Part shown: one piece after another, positions 50,378 to 61,700 of the stretch
How positions within the stretch are numbered: position 1 is the first letter of the stretch
Layout of the letters: each line of letters starts with the position of its first letter
Origin: Macrostomum lignano
Taxonomy: Eukaryota
NCBI GenBank assembly: GCA_002269645.1
Contig: NIVC01002502.1
Location: forward strand, 103,126 to 167,125
Length of the DNA: 64,000 bases
Direction: 5' to 3'
Notes under the pieces: generated by a model
Database searches by the model: none
Told to the model about the DNA's origin: nothing
Seen by the model: only the letters and a program-made list of their open reading frames with translations
Program-made: the position numbers and the translations under genes

Positions 50378-51215
50378 TTTTGTGGATATTGTATTGTGGA
50401 CATTGGTTTGTGGATAATGGATTGTGGATATTGGATTGTGGGCATTGGATTGTGGATATTGGATTGTGGATAATGGATTGTGGACATTGGATTGTGGATA
50501 TTGGGTTGTGGATATTGGATTGTGCATATTGGATTCTGGATAATGGATTGTGGACATTGGATTGTGGATATTGGATTGTGGACATTGGATTGTGAACATT
50601 GGATTGTGGACATTGGATTGTGGATAATGGATTGTGGATATTGGATTGTGGACATTGGATTGTGGATATTGGATAGTGGATATTGGATTGTGGATATTGG
50701 ATTGTGAACATTGGATTGCGGATATTGGATTGTGTATATTGGATTGTGCATATTGGATTGTAAACATTGGATTGTGCATTTTGGATTGTGTATATTGGGT
50801 TGTGGATATTGGATTGTGCATATTGGATTCTGGATAATGGATTGTGGACATTGGATTGTGGATATTGGATTGTGGACATTGGATTGTGAACATTGGATTG
50901 TGGACATTGGATTGTGGATAATGGATTGTGGATATTGGATTGTGGACATTGGATTGTGGATTTTGGATTGTGGATATTGGATTGTGGACATTGGATTGTG
51001 GATAATGGATTGTGGATATTAGATTGTGGATATTGGTATGTGGATATTGGATTGTGGATGTTGGATTGTGGATATTGTATTGTGGACATTGAATTGTGGA
51101 TATTGGATTGTGGATATTGGATTGTGGATATTGGATTGTGGACATTGGATTGTGGGCATTGGATTGTGGATATTGGATTGTGGATAATGGATTTTGGATA
51201 TTGGATTGTGGACAT
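50378..51215. repeat. 14-bp minisatellite (GGATTGTGGAYATT)n
   Basis: Direct reading. Confidence 0.96.
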
Positions 51216-51579
51216 GGACTGCCGATCCACATCCACATCCGAGCGCAGAGATTCCCCTGGGGAAGATAGTGGAGAAAAAACGCAGAGAGAAGACATCTGA
51301 CGACAGTTGGATGTCAGACGAATTGGAATTCCTTTTAAAGGGATCAAATTTCCGAATGCAGTGAAATTTGGGGGCCTGAGAAATAAATATTTGAATGGAT
51401 TACATACACATAAAGACAGCTTTGATTGGCTGCTCAGGAAAAAAGATTATTTCCATGTTCGAGAAGACTGAGGCCCACGCATGCAGCATTTATCCAATGT
51501 GCTATGAGACCCGTCATTGGCTGAGAAGGCTGTGCGTTTTCTAACACTTGATGCGGCCCCATAACTGTCGCGTGTTTAC

Positions 51580-51803
<224 letters not shown>

Positions 51804-51822
51804 CCAAAGCAGGCAGCCAATC

Positions 51823-54800
51823 ATGTTGGCCCAGCGGCGCCAGCAGCGATCCGGCGCCATCGCGCTGCCAACAATGGAAAGCGCGGGCGCCGGCGGCCGT
51901 CTCCAACGATTTCTGCGCCGATTCACATCGGCACCGTCCAGCCTGTTCGGCCAGGTGCGCCGGAAATCAGCCGCGGTGCTTGGCGGCCACCTGCCGGACG
52001 AGGCCAGCCAGCTGGAGCTTACGCTGTTCGCCAGGAGGCCGCGGACGGTCAGCCTGGCCAGCCTGGTTCAGCGGACTCGGTTCACCAGCCAGGAGCTCAA
52101 AGCGATCTACAGGCGCTTCAAGTCTGAGTGCCCGTACGGTACGGTTGGAATGTCTCAGTATCGGATAAAGGTCAATGATCAGGGATTATGGAGTTGATAT
52201 ATTAGATCATATGTGGTTAGATATTGGGACTTCAAAAGTGCAAAGTTAGGTATCAGATTTATAAGGTTACTGTGTGACGAGGTCACTGTGTGATGAGGTC
52301 AGTGTGTGATAAGGTCACTGTGTGATGAGGTCAGTGTTTGATGAGGTCAGTGTGTGATAAGGTCACTGTGTGATGAGGTCACTGTGTGATGAGGTCAGTG
52401 TGTGATGAGGTCAGTGTGTGATGAGGTCACTGTGTGATGAGGTCAGTGTGTAATGAGGTCAGTGTGTAATGAGGTCAGTGTGTAATGAGGTCAGTGTGTG
52501 ATGAGGTCATTGTGTGATGAGGTCATTGTGTGACGAGGTCATTGTGTGATGAGGTCACTATGTGATAAGGTCAGTGTGTAATGAGGTCAGTGTGTGATGA
52601 GGTCAGTGTGTAATGAGGTCATTGTGTGATGAGGTCAGGAGCCATGAGGTCAGGAGCCATGAGGTCAGGAGCCATGAGGTCAGGAGCCATGAGGTCAGGA
52701 GCCATGAGGTCAGGAGCCATGAGGTCAGGAGCCATGAGGTCAGGAGCCATGAGGTCAGGAGCCATGAGGTCAGGAGCCATGAGGTCAGGAGCCATGAGGT
52801 CAGGAGCCATGAGGTCAGGAGCCATGAGGTCAGGAGCCATGAGGTCAGGAGCCATGAGGTCAGGAGCCATGAGGTCAGGAGCCATGAGGTCAGGAGCCAT
52901 GAGGTCAGGAGCCATGAGGTCAGGAGCCATGAGGTCAGGAGCCATGAGGTCAGGAGCCATGAGGTCAGGAGCCATGAGGTCAGGAGCCATGAGGTCAGGA
53001 GCCATGAGGTTAGTTAATTATCATTAGTCGTTAGTCAGAGACATTGTTGGTTGGAAATATGACAGATAGAAGCTTTTAGGAAAATGATGGGAATAATAGC
53101 TAAATAGTAATTATAGCTAAATCATTTGCTTGATCCGGTACTTAAATTATAAAGCTTTCGATTCCCTTCCAAATTTCTCGATCGAGCGCATCTGCCGTCG
53201 CGTAGCAACTGTGCTGCTGGGATCGCAGCGCAGGGAATAGGCTGGGGATTGGGAGAGAGACAGCTTAGAGGGGGGTAGGACCGGATCTGAGAAAGAAGGA
53301 ATAGGGGAGCTGCCTAAGAAGCAGCAAAGAAGGCCAAGCGGGAGAGTGTCGGATCCAATTTCCTATCTCTCTCCGCACTTCGTGACGGGACTGCCAGTTT
53401 GTCAGTTTGCTTTTTTTTCAGTGGCTGCTGCAGCATTGAGAAAGCTCAGCCAGTGTTTTTTTCAGCTCCCGGTCCTGGTTCTATTTTAGCTCCCTGGTTG
53501 AAGTGCCTTGAAGTCATTTTCTTATTCTCACGATTGGCATTCTAATCTGGCCACTTTGACTAGCATTGCCTTCCCCGGCTCAGTATCCATTGTGTCTTTC
53601 TAGACAAAGTGCAAAAGAAAAAATACGGAAACTTCTGTATTTTTGTTCATACCAGTGGTTCAGTTTTCCTGCATAGATACTGTGGCAGGGAGACAAATAG
53701 GAGAAACAATCATATACGCTCATGAGTGAAGCATGAGGCATAAATGAAAAAATGTTTACTAGCCAAAGTGAAGTGAGGTTGGCTAGTTTGTACAGGCAGA
53801 GAAAGAGCCTGGGGTTGCTGGAGGGGCAGGAGTGGAATGAGGTTGGCTAGTTTGTACAGGCAGGGACAGGGCTTGGGGTTGCTGGAGGGGCAGAAGTGGA
53901 GTGAGGTTGGCTAGTTTGTACAGGCAGGGACAGGGCTTGGGGTTGCTGGAGGGGCAGAAGTGGAGTGAGGTTAGCTAGTTTGTACAGGCAGGGACAGGGC
54001 TTGGGGTTGCTGGAGGGGCAGGAGTGGAATGAGGTTAGCTAGTTTGTACAGGCAGGGACAGGGCTTGAGGTTGATGGAGGGGCAGGAGTGGAATGAGGTT
54101 AGCTAGTTTGTACAGGCAGGGACAGAGCCTGAGGTTGCTGGAGGGGCAGGAGTGAAATGAGGTTGGCCAGTTTGTATAGGCAGGGACAGGGCTTGGGGTT
54201 GCTTGAGGGGCAGGAGTGGAATGAGGTTAGCTAGTTTGTACAGGCAGGGACAGGGCTTGGGGTTGCTTGAGGGGCAGGAGTGGAATGAGGTTAGCTAGTT
54301 TGTACAGGCAGGGACAGAGCCTGAGGTTGCTGGAGGGGCAGGAGTGAAATGAGGTTGGCCAGTTTGTACAGGCAGGGACAGAGCTTGGGGTTGCTGGAGG
54401 GGCAGGAGTGAGTGAGGTTGGCCGGTTTGCACAGGCAGGGACAGGGCTTGGGGTTGTTAGGGGTTGGCTGGAACGAATTAGAGATAGATCGATAGGAATT
54501 TACATTGCGGCAGAAAATACGAATATCGTGGCTTGAGTTCAGCATTCAGATGTGTAGATTTTTTCAACTCGATTACCACTCACTCTACTGCTCCCACCAT
54601 TAGGATTGATGCAAGAGGAGGTCCTGGAACGAATCCTGGCGCAGATCTTCCCGTTGGGAAATGCGCACACTTTCGCCCATTTCGTGTTCTGCGGCTTTGA
54701 TCGGGGCCGCACGGGCTCCGTTAGCTTTGAGCAGTTCGCCCTATGCCTCAACACCCTGCTGAAAGGCAGTCGGGAAGAACGCCTTGGGTGGATCTTCAAC

Positions 54801-55058
54801 ATGTACGACACCAACAAGGACGGCGAGATCAACAGGCGGGAGGTCTTCGAAGTGGTGAGCTCCGTTTACGACCTTCTCGGCCATCGAGTCCGTCCGCCAG
54901 TGACTTCGGCGACGGTGGAGGAGCGAGCGGAGGCCGTTTTCCGCCAGCTGGACGCCGACGGGGACGGCGTCATCAGTTGGGAAGATTTCTGCTCCTACTT
55001 TCGCAGCAATCCGGCCATATTGATCGGCATGGACTCGCTGCAGACGCTGCTGGCTTGA
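51823..55058 (+). CDS. KCNIP: Kv channel-interacting protein (KChIP)/neuronal calcium sensor family, 256 aa, 2 coding exons
   Basis: Exon 51823..52138 (tac g|gtacgg) joins exon 54604..55058 (cattag|ga) in phase 1. [30 protein letters not shown] (EF1 CPxG), [56 protein letters not shown]. The start could instead be the ATG at 51874. Confidence 0.92.
52269..53009. repeat. 16-bp (GAGGTCAGTGTGTGAT)n grading into 25 perfect copies of 15-bp GAGGTCAGGAGCCAT
   Basis: Direct reading; in the KChIP intron; perfect block 52631-53005. Confidence 0.97.
53775..54470. repeat. 64-bp G-rich minisatellite, about 11 copies
   Basis: GAGGTTRGCTAGTTTGTACAGGCAGGGACAGGGCTTGGGGTTGCTGGAGGGGCAGGAGTGGAAT; period 64 (53775, 53839, ...). 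Confidence 0.95.
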
Positions 55059-56261
55059 ATAAATTTGGCTACAAAACTCTTGAAGCGATTTTTTAAATTA
55101 TACGAGCCACCTTGAGCGTAAAATGAAAAAATGAAAAATGAGCTTCCAGAGCATGTTGGGTCGGCAAACTTTTTTACTCCAAGGGCCAGATAGAGAACCA
55201 GAGCATAGCCGCGTGCCAGAGGAGGGGAGAGAGGAGAGTAGAGAAAAGAGAAGAGAGGAGAGGAGATTCGAGAGAAGGCAGATGAGAAGAGACACAAACC
55301 TTGAGCGGTCCGGATTTCTATTGTAAAGTTTCAAAGGACCCGAGGGCAAGATGGAGAAAGATGGCTTTGCGGGCCGCATGTGGCACCTCGGGCAGGAGTT
55401 TGCCGACCCCTGCGGTAAGTACATGGATGATCTTATCAGACGTAAAGTTGCTTTTTAAGCGCATACTCAACAATTTCGCTCAAATTTAACTTTGAATGCT
55501 CTAAATGCTCGTGGGATGTGAGAAGCCTCTTGTTAGGCCAAAAATTACCTCAGATTCACTCCGGCTAAAGGTTTCTGACCAGCCCCCATTCTCATTTATT
55601 CTTAAAACGCTGCCCCAAACCGAATCCCCAGGCCTGAGAGATGGGATTAATTAGGTCAAGTCTGGATTGAGCAGTGCTCACAGCAGGGCAGGGACTTCTC
55701 TAGCAGTATTTTGATTCGAAAAGATTGCCAATAGTATTTTATTATTTAGAGTCCAATCGATTGAGACGAACTCAAGATTAAATATGAAATCAATCAATCA
55801 ATTTTTTGCTAGCAAAGGCTTTTCTAGAGGGCAACCGCATCCAATGGAAGTCCGCATTGATGGGGCTCAGCTTCTAGCGAAACTGGCAGAAAAAAAGATT
55901 TTCTGGCTTGGATCAGCCGCGGAAATCGAAGCAGCAACTTTTAGTAGCTGGATACAAACAAGAGAGGCACTTGCTGAGGCTGCTCTGCATCATAAAGCAC
56001 GCAACGAGACATACATGTAGTACACTGGGTTTCTCAAATAAAAAGGTGCCGAAATAAATGTATATCGTGACAGTCCCTCTCATCAGATAAGTTCCAAAGT
56101 CAACAGTTCAGTTGTAAACGTTTGTAATTTTTTGTCTGTAAAGTTTAAGCTTCAATTGATACCTGATAAAAACAGGTTTCGGGCTTCCTATATGCAACAT
56201 TGCAGCCTTTTCGTCTATGAGGTCGGCTCAGGGCTGCTGTAACAATGTTAGATTGTTTCTA

Positions 56262-56612
56262 TGGTTCTGGAGTCAGACTGGTAGATTGTGTTTATGGTCT
56301 TGGAGTCAGGCAATGGTAGAATGTGTCTATGGTCTTGGAGTCGGACAATGGTAGATTGTGTATGTGGTCTTGGAGTCAGGCAATGGTAGAATGTGTCGTT
56401 GGTCTTGGAGTCGGACAATGGTAGATTGTGTCTGTGGTCTTGGAGTCAGGCAATGGTAGATTGTGCCTATGGTCTTGGAGTCGGACAATGGTAGATTGTG
56501 CCTTATGGTCTTGGAGTCGGACAATGGTAGATTGTGCCTTATGGTCTTGGAGTCGGACAATGGTAGATTGTGCCTTATGGTCTTGGAGTCGGACAATGGT
56601 AGATTGTGCCTA
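56262..56612. repeat. 35-36-bp minisatellite (ATGGTCTTGGAGTCGGACAATGGTAGATTGTGCCT)n
   Basis: Direct reading. Confidence 0.93.
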
Positions 56613-56980
56613 TGGTTTTTGAGGTAGACAATGACTATTTTTCATGAGTTGCGAAGCTCGATGAAAACTTATCCGATCAGAGGTTCTTTTTTTATTGAGA
56701 CACCCATTATATCTAGTGCACTGTGGTTTTTTAGCAGACACTAGCACAATAAAGGCTACGCTTGAGACCATTCGTATTCTCGGTGACAACTGCAGTGCAA
56801 TCTGATTTAAAAGTAGTCAGGGAAACAACAACTTCTTGTTTTAGATTTGCCACAGACTAAAGGACTTGCGTAATCATAGGTTGGCCCTACGCAAAGCTCA
56901 ATATGTAGCGTTGCAGCAGTGAGATTCACTAGGCTGACTGCCTCCTCATCCCGGTGCCACGCCCCTCACGCTGGCTAGCC

Positions 56981-58461
56981 ATGGAGGCTGAAGCGGAACC
57001 GGTTCGTCTAGGCGATTTCTTGGAAAAGAATCGCTGCAAAATCTTCATCAAGTGCTCCGAGACCGAACAATTTGAGCCGGCTTTCGATTCATTGAGGGCA
57101 AGTCTTTTGTTCGATTTTTTGCTAAGGAAACGTCACCACCGATCACAAAATCTTCAGTCGCTTTGACTGGCGACAGTGTCACAAAAGTGCCATCGACCCT
57201 CCCTGAGGACAAACTAACCGACTAAATACGTCAGACTAACTGCTCTTGGGGGGCCGTTGACCAGTGGTCTAGCGCGGCGCTAATGTGCCAGCGGCCCAGG
57301 CTCGATTCCAAGTGCAGTCACATTAATTTGAGGCTAAATTTGAATCTCGGCTTGGGTCTGCTCGTGCAGTTAATGCCATTGAGGGCAAACCCCCAGGGCA
57401 CAGTGAAGTGTACATGCCTGTGAGTGTGTGTCTGTGTATGTGACTGCGTACGTATCCACGCGCTATCCGGGAGTCGCGGAATTGGCAGTAATGCCTCTCG
57501 CCGGTTGTGTGACAATGTCGCTTAAAGTGCGCCAGGGTGCACACAGCCGCCTGCCTCTAATAATAAACTACGCTCGTAAAGGCTCTTTCAAAACCCCGAT
57601 CGATTGAGCCATCAAATCACACGACTGATGTACCACCAAGAAACGAAAAATCATATCAGAGTCGCATCAGGAAAATTTTACCTCATTTGAAGGCGCGTGA
57701 ACTAGCTTTATCCGGTGTTATTCAGCAACAGTACTACGAACATGCAAAAGTGCCGTCACTCTCATCTTGGCATCCTGACCAACAATACAAGCTTTGTACC
57801 AGGTTGGTGACCAAGATGCCTCGACAAGTGACGGCACTTTTGCATGCTCGTGATACTAGATCATGCACTGTGAGTTACTGTGCCCTGTGACAGCTTTTCA
57901 CGCGTCAAGTTAGCTTTTCACTCCATCGTCACTCCATTTACACGATAGCATCGCGCTATCTAGCACACTATTTGCATTGGATCGTCAATTCAGATTGTGA
58001 GCTCGGCGGTGTCATCGGACAAGTCTAACAGCCTGATGTCAGGCAGCGGGATGAGCTCCAGCAATCGCTATCTCCTCCAGCTGGCCGTGTTTCGACGCGG
58101 CGACTTCGCCAGGTGCCCTCAGCTGTTCGAGCTCAGCCTGCGGAAAGAGCGGCGCGCCTGGCTGCTCGCATGGATTTTAGGCGAGGACAGACGCTTCCTA
58201 GCCCGTCTGAACGCTGACAAAGCCATCGTGCAGGGCGCCCTGATGCACAGAGGCTTCTGGGTGACGGCCAGAGAGGACTTCGCGATGCTTGACAGGATGG
58301 GGCACCGGTCGGTGCCAAAATGGGACAACCTCCGGCCACTCGTGGGCCCGATGTTGCGCAAGCCGCCAGAGAGGTTGCTGTCCATCTGCTTGGCCTGGCA
58401 ACCGAGGACGCTCGAGTTCCCTGGGAAGGAGAAACCCGTAGCTAAGGAAGGAGACGCGTGA
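56981..58461 (+). CDS. Two-exon 194-aa hypothetical protein, possibly YcgL-like
   Basis: gccATGGAG at 56981. Exon 56981..57097 ends at a non-canonical GC donor (agg|gcaagt); exon 57994..58461 follows aattcag|. Phase 0 join, GC-rich codon usage, TGA stop. Confidence 0.6.
57248..57410 (+). mobile_element. tRNA-derived SINE with A and B boxes, intronic
   Basis: GGGGCCGTTGACCAGTGGTCTAGCGC...GGCTCGATTCC head followed by a non-tRNA body shared with 41230-41344. Confidence 0.8.
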
Positions 58462-59941
58462 CAATGGAAAACACTGCATTGTTTGTACCGTGCCGTGGGG
58501 AAGCATGAGCATGTATTGTGCCGTGACACGTGTGTGGACACGAGATCGACCTTGTCAGAGTGTTACTTTTAGATTTGACATCTCTAACAATAGAGTTGAA
58601 TGCTTGTTGAACTCATGTGGAGTTCCGCGCGCACCCGATCGCTTGGCAGTCAACTGTAGACGGAATTGGCGACTATAAAAGTACAAAAGCTCAATCATTT
58701 TTGCTCGAGTTCATATTTTTGCTATTTTAATTGCTTTAGTACAAGAAAAACTTTATTCAAGCTTTCTGTTCCTGTAAAACTGCAAAACTAGAAAGGAAGA
58801 ACTTAGAGCTCTTCATAAATAAACGCGTTTCATTTTTCAATGTTATTCAAGTTTCGAGCAGTAAAATCGTTTTTTCAAGTAATCAACAAGCAGCTCTACT
58901 AACAGTAGGTTAGTATCGGTGAGTAAATATTCACGGTTGGTTTCAGCTGAGCAGCTCTGCACAGGCCAAGGGAGAGAGGGTGAGACAAGACAAGAATTAT
59001 TAAACTGTCAGGGTTGAACTAGCAAAGTTCCACTTTTCGTACCAATTTGCAGCGTACAGCAGCTAGAAACGACCGCCTCATACAATTGAGCAAGTACGAG
59101 TACGGACCGCATATGGCATTCAGTAGTTGCGTAATGCACAGATTCAGAAAAATATACGCAAAAGTTATTTCGGGTAGCAACGAAAGGCTAATGCGCGCAG
59201 AGCTTATTTTTAGCTGAGTTTTTCTAAGCCAAAGTTTTTCTTTGACTTTCAAGCTGCTCAAGAAATGTTTGTGTAAGTTACTCGTGCTCACGGAGTTTGC
59301 GCAAAGTTGCGGAGGAGGCCAGGAGAGATGCCTGATGGATACGTACCTTTGGCAAAACAGGCGCAATATAAATATGCAGTCGGATTGCTGGCAATAGCAA
59401 AAACTGGAGGTAAAGTTATCAGTAGTTAAAGCTGTCTACAGGAAGGTAAGTTCTGCAACGGGATCCATCAGAAGATTCCAATCTATGCCGTTATTTCCGA
59501 TTGTGTCTGGGCAGGTGCGTGACGTCCAAAGCGTCAGGTGTCTGCGCTTAAAAATCAACGCATGGCAAAAGTTTTTTTGGTGTTTTAAAAAAGCTTTTTG
59601 GCAGTTAAAGTAGATGGTGCGGTAACGAGCCACGCTGTGTGTGAAAGAATATAGCAGAGTTATTCAGAAACGTAAGTTCTGCAGAAGCTGAGGGCCACAA
59701 AAACTTGACAAACGATCGCTCCCTTGATGTCTGCAATAATACTGTAAAGCAAGGCAAAGCAAAACCTCTGAAGCATGCAAGAACAATTACACAAATCTTG
59801 TTTCTACTGATGCGGCTATTTACATAAAAGCATTGTCTAATTATTTGCGCAGTTCGGTACTATAAGCATAAATTACTATATCCTTTGATTATAATGCGTG
59901 TACATGCTTTTGCTTTCAAAAGAGAGCTGCCAGGCCACAGC

Positions 59942-61700
59942 CTAGCCCGAGTGTAGAACTGATTCCGGCGGTATCGAGGCGAAAAACGGATGATGCAGCG
60001 CAACTTTGAGCGTCGTCCTTTCCTCCGGCTCGAATTCCAGCATCCGCTGCATCAGATCCAGGAGGTTGCGCGAATCGACCGTCTCGTCTCGCAGGTATCT
60101 ATGCAGCGGGCGGCAGTTCTCGCGCACAAATCGGCCTTCAACTCCGTGATGGTCGAAATCGAGCCTGCCATGCCGGAAGAGGCCGGCTCGCGAGGCTCGA
60201 GTCATTCTGTAGGGCACATGGCCGAGCACTCGCTCCATCATGGCCAGGTGCTCGCGATCTTCGTGCGTCTGGAACAGGGTGAAGCCGGTGTACAGCTCAA
60301 ACAGAATGCAGCCGATGGACCAGACGTCACACGGTTGCGCCCAGCCAAGATCCAGGATGACCTCCGGTGCGCGATAGTGACGGGTCGATACCACGCTCGA
60401 ATGATGCTCGTGGTCAAAGGTTGCCGAACCGAAATCAATCAGTCGGATGTCGGTGCGGTCAAGCATTCGCTCTTCCTTTTTGCGGCGCGGATTGTAGAAA
60501 GTCGTGTAGCTGGACTTCACCAGCAGGATGTTCTCAGGCTTGAGGTCGGTGTGGGTGAGCTGATTGGCGTGCAGAAAAGCCACTGAGTACACCAGCTGGT
60601 AGGCTATGTGTCGCACATGCTCAATTGGGTAGGGAGCAAAGTCGTTCTCCTTCAAAAAATCAAACACTGACTTGCCAAGCAAGTCAAACACAAGACAAGC
60701 GTGGCCAAAGAAGTCGAACCAACTCAGTAGTCGGATGCACAGATGCCTTCCGTTAGGGTCGTTTTCCTCAAGTTTCTTGAGAACGTTGATCTCAAGCATG
60801 GCTGCTTCACGGTACTTAGTAACATTCTTCACAATCTTCACCGCAACGCGAGTCTGGCAGAGGTCTTGCATATCAATGCACTCCGTCACCTTGCCAAAGG
60901 TTCCCTCGCCAAGTGTGCGAGCGATCCGGTAGCGATCTTTTAGTACGTCGCCGAACGCATAGATCAGATGGCCGTCTGAGTCATCTCGATAAGGTGATTT
61001 CTCCTTGCACAGGAGGCCAGCGCCACGGCGGGTTCGCCTCCGAGGCTCCGCCGGCTCTGCGGGCTCCGTGGGTGCTGACTCGTCCTCGTTTAGGGACCGG
61101 CGACGCCGGGGCCTCCTCCGTTCCACTCGCGTCGAAGTCGCCTCCTCAACCACTGGTGGTTGTTCAACGCCATTTCCATTCTGAGTTGTTGTCTCAGTTT
61201 TAGAAGTTTCTTTGGTCTCCTTGTCTGCAGCTGTTGCTGTCGTTGCGCTGCCACCATCCTTCGCCTCCACGAAGGCGGAGATGACTGCGGCGGTGGGGGC
61301 GTTGGCGATGTTTGCTTCGGTGGCGACGGTGGCGGCGATGGTTTCTTCGGTGCCTGGAGCTTCAGCGGCGACTTCTCAGGCTGCTTCGCTGGATCTGGTT
61401 GCGCTGGGCCCGCTCCACCGCCGCGCAGTGAGGCCAGCTGCTGGCCCAGCTTCTCGAGGTCGCTTCGCAACTGCTCCAGTTGACTCTTTCGACAGTGTCG
61501 GCTGACTGCTGCAGCAGCTTGCGCTGCGCGGCAGCAGCAGACTGATTCGGAGGCGGTGGAGACTCCGGGTCGGGATCTTTGAAGGTCAGCGGAATGGCAG
61601 CGTCAGTACGAGCGCCATGATAGCCCCTCATCTGACGGGCTCGCCGCCGAGCTGGCTGCTTCTGAGCCGACGATGGCTGAGTCGCCACATCCTGCGTCAT
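59942..61700 (-). CDS. CLK: CLK/LAMMER (Doa-like) dual-specificity kinase, intronless CDS, two single-base frameshifts in the N-terminal region
   Basis: [55 protein letters not shown] and [11 protein letters not shown] (LAMMER signature). The kinase frame is open 59942..61375; upstream ORFs 61090..61470 and 61362..61709 join it by adding one base near 61378 and one near 61484, giving ATG at 61700. Confidence 0.95.

Noticed and set aside
57248-57320. tRNA gene
   Set aside because: A and B boxes are present but there is no complete cloverleaf or acceptor stem, and it continues into a body shared with another copy, so it is a SINE.
59990-61505. Plus-strand ORFs overlapping CLK (and similar antisense ORFs over KChIP, SMARCC and the 46.5-kb gene)
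   Set aside because: Shadow ORFs of GC-rich coding sequence with no recognisable domains.
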